DNA of 44,940 bases from a virus (taxonomy: Duplodnaviria > Caudoviricetes): the IMG/VR virus record IMGVR_UViG_3300006867_000019, positions 1-44,940 of that record; one strand, given 5' to 3'. Made by a program: the position numbers and the translations under genes. Below, piece after piece: positions 27,159 to 34,671 of this stretch. How positions within the stretch are numbered: position 1 is the first letter of the stretch; every line of letters starts with the position of its first letter. The notes beneath the pieces are model-generated. The model was given only the letters and a program-made list of their open reading frames with translations. It made no database searches and had not been told where the DNA came from.

Positions 27159-27684
27159 CCTTATCCCAATCCTTGAATATATTAAAGTCTTTATTCGTAT
27201 TTTCTTCTTGTTTCTTTGGGTCATTTTCCCAAGCATCTTTAGCCATCTTTCCGATCATTCCGTCATATGGACATGGCGTCCCTGCATCCATCATGGCATC
27301 AAAAATTCTTTTATCTTGGCACATTACAGAAACTGCAGCTACCTTCATGCCCATATCATAAAGTGTTTTTGCATTTTTGAGTCTTTCACAGTTAAAGTCT
27401 CTAACTGTTTTACCCGCACTAATACCAAGGATCTGTGTCTGTACCGCACCAGAAACACCAATAGTACAAGTGTCACTGTTGCTTGTGTTAATTGTGGGGC
27501 TAATAGCTGATGGAGGAGGAGACTTGACTGTAGTTGTACTGTCTATAGTCTGTGTTCCATCTGTATCTGATATAGTACAAATGTATCCTTCTGGGCAATC
27601 AATTGAAGCTCCTTGTGCATAGCCAACGCTACCAATAATAATAAAAAATAATGTTAATAGAATTCTGTACATATTATATTCCAT
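27091..27684 (-). CDS. secreted Cys-rich protein with C-terminal membrane anchor
   Basis: Signal peptide, PPPSAISP, several Cys, hydrophobic C-terminal tail. Confidence 0.7.
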   Translation of the reverse strand: MEYNMYRILLTLFFIIIGSVGYAQGASIDCPEGYICTISDTDGTQTIDSTTTVKSPPPSAISPTINTSNSDTCTIGVSGAVQTQILGISAGKTVRDFNCERLKNAKTLYDMGMKVAAVSVMCQDKRIFDAMMDAGTPCPYDGMIGKMAKDAWENDPKKQEENTNKDFNIFKDWDKDDADTAKASLGIAALFAILLAL

Positions 27685-27708
27685 TGACTAAAAGTTTTCA
27701 TTCATCAA

Positions 27709-27716
27709 TATTTATA
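27709..27716 (-). promoter_or_regulatory. T4-type late promoter
   Basis: TATAAATA immediately after a terminator, heading the secreted-protein run. Confidence 0.7.
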
Positions 27717-27743
27717 AAAAAAAGGTCCGCAAGGGACCTTTTT
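27716..27743. terminator. bidirectional intrinsic terminator
   Basis: A-run AGGTCC GCAAG GGACCT T-run. Confidence 0.75.
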
Positions 27744-27780
27744 AATAAAAAAATATAATAATTAAAATAAGTTATTTGGT

Positions 27781-28116
27781 TCAGAAACTAAAGCTGACGC
27801 CAAATTTCAGGTCTTCATAATCAAGGCTACTATCCGTGGAAATCACACCGTAGAGGTCTAGTCTATCAGACAAGTCATAAGTGCCTTCGAGTTCAACACC
27901 AACAAAATCAAATTCTGCACCTGTATCTACAGTACCGATGAGTCTAGATTCAACGTCAAATTTTCCAAAAGTAACAGTGGGACCAGCTTCCATAGTAAAG
28001 CCTTCATTCTCGACACTATATTCCATTTTACCTTTAGCCCCAAAGTCAAACATCGAGTCTGCAGTTGCTGTTGTAGCAATGAGTGCCATTGTTGTTGCAA
28101 AAATACCAATTTTCAT
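27781..28116 (-). CDS. small outer membrane beta-barrel/porin-like protein
   Basis: Signal peptide ATA-D, amphipathic beta strands, C-terminal FGVSFSF BAM-type motif. Confidence 0.65.
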   Translation of the reverse strand: MKIGIFATTMALIATTATADSMFDFGAKGKMEYSVENEGFTMEAGPTVTFGKFDVESRLIGTVDTGAEFDFVGVELEGTYDLSDRLDLYGVISTDSSLDYEDLKFGVSFSF

Positions 28117-28149
28117 ATTTTGTTTCCTGTTGTTTAAGTTACATTATAA

Positions 28150-28474
28150 AAAGGCCCGTTCTGTTGCAAGGTGGAGCCCATACCCCGGAAGCCTAATTAG
28201 GCTGCCATTGCCATTTCTGGCGCACGATTGTCATTTGCAATTGTGAATTTTGACCAATAACGCAGTCATCCGGTAAACTCCACTTCACTTTCACACCTGT
28301 CGATCCTATTTCAGGCCCATCAAAGATACACTATAGCTTTTTTCCCTAACAAACTAAGAACCCGGGGTAGTCTAGCGAGCCAGCCACGGCTGTTTTGTTA
28401 ATAGTGTATCTATGGTGGACCTGCGTGGTACTGCCCCACGGTCCAGAATGTGTCCACGTCACTTCAACGTTTAC
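28150..28474 (-). ncRNA. ssrA: circularly permuted two-piece tmRNA
   Basis: Acceptor piece ends CAGGTCC-ACCA (28423-28413) with T-arm CGTGG GGCAGTA CCACG; 94-nt intervening segment; coding piece starts GGGCCTG (28318), giving a G3.U pair; tag GCA(28238)-TAA(28197) = ANDNRAPEMAMAA; ends approximate. Confidence 0.93.
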
Positions 28475-28555
28475 AAGTTATATATTAAATCATTTTTTTG
28501 ATATTGTAAACCCCTTACAAACAAATATAAAAAGGTGTATCATAAATGTAACACT
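28454..28555. repeat. ~101-bp direct repeat copy A (promoter + operator + tmRNA 5' leader)
   Basis: Identical to 28787-28887 except for one T; contains GTTTACA-17-TAATAT (minus) and palindrome 28535-28554. Confidence 0.92.
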
Positions 28556-28565
28556 TCGGTACCAT

Positions 28566-28700
28566 CTTCACACCTTTCGATCCTATTTCGACCCCATCAT
28601 AAACACACTGGGATTGTATTGTTCCACAGACGGTCTTGATACAAACATCGTCCAGTGTATCTATGGTGGAGTCGCTGGGTACCGCCCCCAGGTCCAGAAT
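28566..28700 (-). ncRNA. tmRNA tRNA-like-domain cassette without tag reading frame
   Basis: T-arm CTGGG GGCGGTA CCCAG, acceptor CGACTCC-ACCA / GGGGTCG (compensatory changes vs the tmRNA, G.U kept), GAAATAGGATCGA D-loop analogue, 68-nt intervening hairpin. Confidence 0.8.
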
Positions 28701-28702
28701 TT

Positions 28703-28788
28703 GACCCCATCAAAGATACACTTCCGAACGGCGTATAGCCTATCCCCGTGTAACTGAATACCCTAAAAAGTGTATCCATGATGGAGCC
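28703..28788 (-). ncRNA. acceptor-stem/intervening-segment hairpin cassette (third unit)
   Basis: GGCTCCATCATGGATACACTT-44 nt-AAGTGTATCTTTGATGGGGTC; same stem as the other units, no T-arm. Confidence 0.7.
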
Positions 28789-28887
28789 ACGTCACTTCAA
28801 CGTTTACAAGTTATATATTAAATCATTTTTTTGATATTGTAAACCCCTTACAAACAAATAAAAAAGGTGTATCATAAATGTAACACT
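28787..28887. repeat. ~101-bp direct repeat copy B (promoter + operator)
   Basis: Matches 28454-28555; palindrome at 28867-28886. Confidence 0.92.
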
Positions 28888-29131
28888 ATAGATGCTCTCC
28901 TCTTGAGTGCATCTCAATCAAATCTTGAATAAAGAACTTCATTTTATTTAGATCGTAGAGGACATCGGTACCATCTTTTTCTCCAAGACGATAACACGCC
29001 TTGAAAATATCTCCACGGCTTTTACTCATCCCTTTATAAGAAATGAGATGCCTGAGTTCTTCGGCATGTTCAGGAATTTTATAATATGAAGTTGACAGTC
29101 CATCAGACGCAACTTTTTTTCTATCTTTCAT
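28886..29131 (-). CDS. conserved small phage protein (DUF3310-like)
   Basis: SDGxSTSYY, GDIFKACYRLG, YDLNK. Confidence 0.6.
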   Translation of the reverse strand: MKDRKKVASDGLSTSYYKIPEHAEELRHLISYKGMSKSRGDIFKACYRLGEKDGTDVLYDLNKMKFFIQDLIEMHSRGEHL

Positions 29132-29661
29132 TAACTTAGATCCTTGTTCCAGTAGAAGATGTGCCTACCAATTTTTACAACTTTACGGTCCATTTTCTTT
29201 GCCCATGATGGATTTACATAATCGGCATGATAAAATGTAGAACCTTCAGTGATGTCACTTATCTTGCCAGTATAAACATCTTTGGCAAGTTTGTAAATAT
29301 CATCATACTGTTTTCCAGCCACTGGAGTGTCACTCTTACCATCATGAGTCCAAGAAAACTGTTTGTTTGCCCAAACCACTTCACATACAGTATTTGGGAA
29401 ATGCGGTGAATTAACTCTATTCATAGTTACATTTGCTACTGCAATCTGACCAGCAAGAGGTTCAATAAGAGACTCAAAGTAAATATTGTCTGCAAGACAT
29501 TTTAGCTCTTTAACATCGGTTGGTATATTTGCAACAATGTGATGACTTTTGACTTCGGCTACAGGAGTAGGTTGTGCTGCAGTCAAAGTATTCCAGACAA
29601 ACACACCAATGGCCACATTAGCGGCCATTGCTGAAGTATAATAAAGCCATTTAAATTTCAT
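29131..29661 (-). CDS. SleB/Hydrolase_2 family cell wall hydrolase
   Basis: CLADNIYFES, VANVTMNRV, FPNTVCEVV, QFSW, YHADYVNPSW, IGRHIFY; N-terminal TM; start 29661 with GAGG RBS. Confidence 0.9.
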   Translation of the reverse strand: MKFKWLYYTSAMAANVAIGVFVWNTLTAAQPTPVAEVKSHHIVANIPTDVKELKCLADNIYFESLIEPLAGQIAVANVTMNRVNSPHFPNTVCEVVWANKQFSWTHDGKSDTPVAGKQYDDIYKLAKDVYTGKISDITEGSTFYHADYVNPSWAKKMDRKVVKIGRHIFYWNKDLS

Positions 29662-29714
29662 TTTAAACTTCCTCGTTTTCAGACATTTCTGCATCTTGGA
29701 TATCTTTTAGAATA

Positions 29715-29936
29715 TTATACCTCATCTCCATTTACTTTACGGCAACGTACCAAACATTTAGCCAAATCATCTATAAGAGAATCAAGGGTCATTATCTGAT
29801 CATAATGATCGAAGTCACCTTTGTCGAGTGCATCAAACAAATATGCATTTTTTACAAGTGACTTAAGGTCATATTCCATACGGCTTAGAACCTCTGATTT
29901 CATTTGGCGGTTTGTTATTTGTTCCATCTTGTACAT
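29715..29936 (-). CDS. small early hypothetical protein
   Basis: 73 aa ORF under an early promoter. Confidence 0.55.
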   Translation of the reverse strand: MYKMEQITNRQMKSEVLSRMEYDLKSLVKNAYLFDALDKGDFDHYDQIMTLDSLIDDLAKCLVRCRKVNGDEV

Positions 29937-29954
29937 CTCTTGATTTGATAATTT

Positions 29955-29986
29955 AATATACCATATGCAGATACAGATGTAAACAC
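29955..29986 (-). promoter_or_regulatory. T4-like early promoter
   Basis: GTGTTTACA-17 nt-TATATT; spacer similar to the 20011-20042 promoter. Confidence 0.7.
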
Positions 29987-30028
29987 CTAATTAACACTTT
30001 TTAAAACTTTTTTCGAAAAAACATATAA

Positions 30029-30048
30029 GTGTAACATTTATGATACAC
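30029..30048. promoter_or_regulatory. palindromic operator-like site (copy 4 of 4)
   Basis: GTGTAACATTTATGATACAC. Confidence 0.6.
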
Positions 30049-30731
30049 TAATAATCCTCGTTTGAGATATCCTCAATAATCTGATCTCTCATCTGGACTG
30101 CTTTAGGGTTAATAGGGTCGTGTAATCCTTTACCGTTAACCACTTTAAATGCAAGAGTAACTCTTTCACATTCTGTATACATTGCATGCCAGCAGTGATG
30201 ATCTCGTTCAGAGATATGACCAAAATAATAGTGTCGGCAATTCCAACCTGGCTTATCTTGTACGGTAACCACTTCTTTAGTTTCTGGATCACGATACTTA
30301 AACCAGCTTTCACCTGTTTCAGACCACGAAAACAAAATCTGGTAGGCATTTGCATTCCAGTTAGTATGCCAACCTACGTGACCTTTTGGTGGATAATAAT
30401 TAAAAAGTGCATTAGAATGTGCGCCAATAAATGCAGGTAATTCTTTTTTCATTTCCCACATGATCTGATTCCATTTATCTGGATCTTCTTCAGCCATTTT
30501 ACTAATAGGCTGTGAGAAATGTTCTTCTGGGTACCCGCTATGTTTGTCTCCCATTTTTAATTTTTCTTTGATATACTCATCAGATGTATAATGCAAACCA
30601 TTTGTTTTTGCATCACCTGGCTGAGATACATGATATTTAGGATTATTTCTACCTTCAATAGCAAAAAATTTATCAAGACCACTATTTAATTCTGCTAGTA
30701 ATTCTTGGTTTTTAATTATTACTTCACTCAT
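30048..30731 (-). CDS. cupin/2OG-Fe(II) oxygenase-like protein
   Basis: YPPxGxVGWHTN, CWH, RVTLAF. Confidence 0.55.
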   Translation of the reverse strand: MSEVIIKNQELLAELNSGLDKFFAIEGRNNPKYHVSQPGDAKTNGLHYTSDEYIKEKLKMGDKHSGYPEEHFSQPISKMAEEDPDKWNQIMWEMKKELPAFIGAHSNALFNYYPPKGHVGWHTNWNANAYQILFSWSETGESWFKYRDPETKEVVTVQDKPGWNCRHYYFGHISERDHHCWHAMYTECERVTLAFKVVNGKGLHDPINPKAVQMRDQIIEDISNEDY

Positions 30732-30954
30732 TTTTCACCAACTTCTTAATTCCTAGTGCCCAGTTTTCTGCAGCATCTTCACACCAACGTAATGATTTAT
30801 TAATGTGTTCTGTATCTTCACGATGATAACACTTACCTTTACTATCATAGTATTTAATGTAAAAGTGTTCTTCTTTGGAGTTTATCTTGACTTCACAATA
30901 ATGACCTTCTTCCATATCACTCCAGTAAGTTGATATCACTCTGGTATTATTCAT
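30724..30954 (-). CDS. small conserved hypothetical protein
   Basis: 76 aa; KSLRWCEDAAENWALG motif. Confidence 0.65.
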   Translation of the reverse strand: MNNTRVISTYWSDMEEGHYCEVKINSKEEHFYIKYYDSKGKCYHREDTEHINKSLRWCEDAAENWALGIKKLVKNE

Positions 30955-31618
30955 TCACAAACTCCTTAATCATGGGAAATACCTTTGCCACTTCCCAAGC
31001 ACATTCTCTTGCCAAATTAATATGTTCTTTCTGCGTTCCGTTTGCTGTTCTTAGTTCTATATAGTGTACCCAAGACCGCAGAGTTCCGTTTGCAATAACA
31101 ACAGACTTGGTATTACCCTCTGGTAATACCGAACGTGCTTGTTCTTTTGCAATACCATTTTCAATAGCCCACTTATATGCCAACTTGGCTTCAAAAATAA
31201 TCTGAGACTGTTTTATAGCCCAAGCCTTCTGAAGTTCTTCATTATCTGTGGCAATAGAGTTCTGACGGTTCTTGGTATCTTGTAAACGTGCTTCACGAAT
31301 TACAAAGGTATCATCCATGTCTCTCGGATCTGCGTATCGCTGAGAAAACTCTTGAAAAGAGAACGAACGGTGACGTAGAAACTGTCTTGCAATATCACGT
31401 GTCGTAGTGACCTCAATAGTAGCAGACGCCATTTCAAGAGGAGACCAGTGTTTGTGTTTTACCAAATATCGGATAAGCTTCTCACCTGTCTCCTTATTCA
31501 TCTGATTTGATGGATTGGATACCCTTGCACAATATGCGATCAAGTCTTGTGCAGTTTCTAATTCAGATAGTTCAAGACCAACTGGCTGAGTGAAACCGAT
31601 TAGTTTTGCTGAAGTCAC
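30947..31618 (-). CDS. thyX: FAD-dependent thymidylate synthase
   Basis: RHRSFSFQEFSQRY signature, HWSPLE, AKEQARSVLP. Confidence 0.95.
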   Translation of the reverse strand: MTSAKLIGFTQPVGLELSELETAQDLIAYCARVSNPSNQMNKETGEKLIRYLVKHKHWSPLEMASATIEVTTTRDIARQFLRHRSFSFQEFSQRYADPRDMDDTFVIREARLQDTKNRQNSIATDNEELQKAWAIKQSQIIFEAKLAYKWAIENGIAKEQARSVLPEGNTKSVVIANGTLRSWVHYIELRTANGTQKEHINLARECAWEVAKVFPMIKEFVNE

Positions 31619-31619
31619 A

Positions 31620-31895
31620 TTAGCCTCCTAAATCCATCAAAGGGTTACGTTTACGTACACCTTGTATATATTTCTGGTACTCTTTACCGCTAACTTTATA
31701 GGTAATAAACTTACGATTTGTTTCCTGTTTGTTAGGATTTTCAAGAGTAATTTTTACATCTGCGCCTTTTTCAAGGGCGCGCAATTTACGCAACATTTTA
31801 TCAACATTAGTGACACCGAAGCCGCGAGTGCGCATCGAGCTAAGACGTTCACCTTTTGAGACTTTACCTTTACGGCCATTTTTAACACGAGTCAT
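31620..31895 (-). CDS. basic hypothetical protein
   Basis: 91 aa, NPNKxETNxxFI motif, AGGAG RBS. Confidence 0.65.
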   Translation of the reverse strand: MTRVKNGRKGKVSKGERLSSMRTRGFGVTNVDKMLRKLRALEKGADVKITLENPNKQETNRKFITYKVSGKEYQKYIQGVRKRNPLMDLGG

Positions 31896-31904
31896 AATAT
31901 TCTC

Positions 31905-33272
31905 CTATAATTTAAAATCTTTAAATCTTTCATTTGTGTCTGTGCTATCAAATACTGGAGCATCTTGTACTAAGTTCTGTTCGCTGTCTTGCACATCATA
32001 CAACCGCATTTTTGCTCGATCAATACCAATTAAGAATCTTTTGTTTTTGTTTGGGTCGTTATATCGGTTCTTGAGTTGCTTGACCATAATCTGACCTTGT
32101 TGATCAAGTTCTTCTGTAGAGACCAAGGCAACCATGAGGTCGGCAGTAGCGGGTAGTCCAAAAGACTCGGACGTGTCCTCAAGCCCAGGATCCGACGAAC
32201 CATAACCAGTACGTGTCGTTTGCGTTGCAGAGACAATCGGTAATTTAAATTCAACGGCAAGCCCTCTCAATTCTTCTGCTATGGATTTAATGTATGTATA
32301 AGAGTTTATAGAAGCACCCATTTTAATCCTAGAAGATGCGCAGATATTGAGATAATCAATAAACACAATATCAGGTTCAAATCCTTTCTTGAGTTTTAAT
32401 TCATTAAGTAGAGCACGAAAATGGTTAGCATTAGCGGCAGATGTTGGGTATTCTTTAACAACCATTCTACCATTAGTTTTCTTTTTTAATCCAGCAACTT
32501 TTTCTGTGAACATTTGCAATGATAGTTTATCAAGCATGTCAATAGGAATATCAAGCAAGTTAGCATCAATTCGTTCTGCAATTCTTTCTTCTGACATCTC
32601 CATAGAAATATAGAGAACATTTTTACCAAGGTTCAAGGCACTTGCTGCCATATGACACATAGCAAGTGATTTACCAACGCCAGTACCAGCAAGAATAATG
32701 TTCAGGCTTTTAAGAGACAAACCACCTTTGGTGATTTCATTTAATAATTCAATATCAAATGGAATTTTTTCCTCTTCTGTGTGGTAAAAGTCATATCGTT
32801 CACTTACTTGTTCTAAGTAATCGTGACCGACATTGGTATCAAATGTAACACCAAGAGCTTTGGTGAGAATATCTGGTAGTGCATTTTTTGTAAGAGATTT
32901 ATGTTTACCATCGATGATAGAAATTGATTCCATAATAGCATTAAATACTGCTCGGTCTTGGCACCATTTTTCTGTATTATTGAGAAGCCATGTTTCATCA
33001 ATTGATTCTTCTTTAAAAATTTCAGGCAGAATTTCTACTGCGTGTCTGTACTGCTCATCTGAAAATGTTGTGGCATTATCAAGTTCAATTTTAAATGTTT
33101 CTGCTGTAGGTAGTTTATTATACTTAGCTACAAATGCCACAACTTGCTTGAACAAGTTCTGGTAAACACCTTCAAAATATGCAGGTTGAATAAACGGTAA
33201 TACCTTACGCATGTACTCCTCATTAGTAAGGAGATTGCGGATAATTGTTTGTTCTATATTTGCATTAATCAT
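31905..33272 (-). CDS. gp41: T4 gp41-like replicative DNA helicase
   Basis: AGTGVGKS, SMEMSEE, IDYLNIC, SATQTTR, SESFGLPATAD, QLKNRY. Confidence 0.95.
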   Translation of the reverse strand: MINANIEQTIIRNLLTNEEYMRKVLPFIQPAYFEGVYQNLFKQVVAFVAKYNKLPTAETFKIELDNATTFSDEQYRHAVEILPEIFKEESIDETWLLNNTEKWCQDRAVFNAIMESISIIDGKHKSLTKNALPDILTKALGVTFDTNVGHDYLEQVSERYDFYHTEEEKIPFDIELLNEITKGGLSLKSLNIILAGTGVGKSLAMCHMAASALNLGKNVLYISMEMSEERIAERIDANLLDIPIDMLDKLSLQMFTEKVAGLKKKTNGRMVVKEYPTSAANANHFRALLNELKLKKGFEPDIVFIDYLNICASSRIKMGASINSYTYIKSIAEELRGLAVEFKLPIVSATQTTRTGYGSSDPGLEDTSESFGLPATADLMVALVSTEELDQQGQIMVKQLKNRYNDPNKNKRFLIGIDRAKMRLYDVQDSEQNLVQDAPVFDSTDTNERFKDFKL

Positions 33273-33738
33273 TAGGATCTTTCATGTAATAATAGTTATC
33301 ATCCATTCGAGTGCCTTCTGTGTAACCCAAGATACCTTCGGCTCTCATCTTTGCTCTGATCTTGGTAGCAGAAATTTTGTGAATATCTTCACCTAGATCA
33401 TGCTCAGTAAATGTATATCCAACACCACGTCCATATGAAATATCTACGATGTTTGGTACTGCCATTATAATATAATCCTTACCTTTTGTAAAGTGCAGGG
33501 ATAGACCTTTCTCAATATTATTAAACACCGTATCTTTATTAAATGGATTGTCTGTCTGGGCTGCGGTTCTACCCGCTCCAGCATCCTCGCCTACAATACC
33601 ACCAACGTCACGAACCATAATACACACCTGACCTGTAATGTCATGTGCTCTTTTAAAAAGTTCTGTATGACCATCATGCCATGGCTGCCAGCGACCAAGC
33701 ATTTGCACTGTTGGTTTTTGCCAATTAAAGGTACTCAT
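33265..33738 (-). CDS. HxGH nucleotidyltransferase (cytidyltransferase-like)
   Basis: GRWQPWHDGH, DNPF, YGRGVGY, ISATKIR. Confidence 0.8.
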   Translation of the reverse strand: MSTFNWQKPTVQMLGRWQPWHDGHTELFKRAHDITGQVCIMVRDVGGIVGEDAGAGRTAAQTDNPFNKDTVFNNIEKGLSLHFTKGKDYIIMAVPNIVDISYGRGVGYTFTEHDLGEDIHKISATKIRAKMRAEGILGYTEGTRMDDNYYYMKDPND

Positions 33739-33766
33739 TTCTATTCCACTTCATATTCAATAGAAG

Positions 33767-34042
33767 TCATATTTTGTCCTTTGTCTCAATTACTGCAGCT
33801 GTTTCAAGAATGTTCTGTAGAATAAGACCGGCAGTTTCTTGTAGTTCAATATTAGTTTCGGTATCAAGATCATTAATAGGGCTTGACACAATATTAAAAT
33901 TAAAAGAGAGGTGTTCACCATCATCAGTGATTTTCAGTGTATCAAATGCGAGAACAGTTTCGTTAAACTCGCCTGTAAGAATACGGATGTCCCAGTTCTC
34001 TCCAGTACCTACAATCATTTCATAATCTGTATTTTGTTTCAT
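33767..34042 (-). CDS. putative gp40-like head vertex assembly chaperone
   Basis: Acidic 91 aa protein between uvsX and gene 41, the T4 position of gene 40; synteny-based call. Confidence 0.45.
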   Translation of the reverse strand: MKQNTDYEMIVGTGENWDIRILTGEFNETVLAFDTLKITDDGEHLSFNFNIVSSPINDLDTETNIELQETAGLILQNILETAAVIETKDKI

Positions 34043-34671
34043 AGTTTATACCTCAAACTTAATCCTAATTTCATTCCTTCAAAATAACTTGTGCAGTGAA
34101 TACGCTGATTGTCAAATATGATAGCAGACCCTACAATAAATGAATATGGTGACCCTGATAATCCAAATAAATCACTTGGGTGGTAATGCCGAAGATATCC
34201 ATGAGCAATGTCAGGATCTATTGTAATACCTGTTTTACCTTCAATAGGATATTCGTTTGGATTACCTTTTACACCAGTATTAAGATTAAATTTCAAAACT
34301 GGATGATGCATGCACCAAGTGACTCCATTCATTTTCCATTTTTGATTAAATATAACTAAAGCAGGAAATTGTGCTGCTAAACAATTAACCTCTAATGGTA
34401 TCACAACATTTAAATTGTTATCTAAATGTGAAAACCAATCAGTATGCGGAAGGTACGGTTTAGAGTGTTGATAGTAGTTACCACTCTTAAACTGCACCTT
34501 TTTACCTAGAATACCCTCAACGATATTGCTGATCTTGTCAATATGAACACCAGGATCTGCCTTGTTCATTAAACCTGGGCTACGTTTTTCCTTAGAATTA
34601 TAATCAGCAATGCACTCATTAATAATGTAATCAGGTATTACATTAAACTCTTGAACCGTATTAATAGGCAT
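34039..34671 (-). CDS. 2OG-Fe(II) oxygenase-like protein
   Basis: PHTD, VVIPL, IFD...IHCT, K-x-G-L-S pattern. Confidence 0.55.
   Translation of the reverse strand: MPINTVQEFNVIPDYIINECIADYNSKEKRSPGLMNKADPGVHIDKISNIVEGILGKKVQFKSGNYYQHSKPYLPHTDWFSHLDNNLNVVIPLEVNCLAAQFPALVIFNQKWKMNGVTWCMHHPVLKFNLNTGVKGNPNEYPIEGKTGITIDPDIAHGYLRHYHPSDLFGLSGSPYSFIVGSAIIFDNQRIHCTSYFEGMKLGLSLRYKL

Noticed and set aside
28589-28691. Conventional tRNA-Ala gene
   Set aside because: The order is permuted (T-arm and CCA precede the 5' acceptor strand), the T-loop is tmRNA-type, and there is no anticodon arm.
28395-28779. ORFs 28395-28757 (+) and 28597-28779 (-)
   Set aside because: They overlie the structured RNA cassettes and promoter repeat and have no recognisable motifs; most likely shadows, although translation of the minus-strand ORF cannot be excluded.
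28312-28788. CRISPR array interpretation of the repeat/insert pattern
   Set aside because: The constant parts are inverted stem arms derived from tmRNA that enclose each insert, not identical direct repeats between spacers; insert lengths vary widely and no cas genes are in the window.
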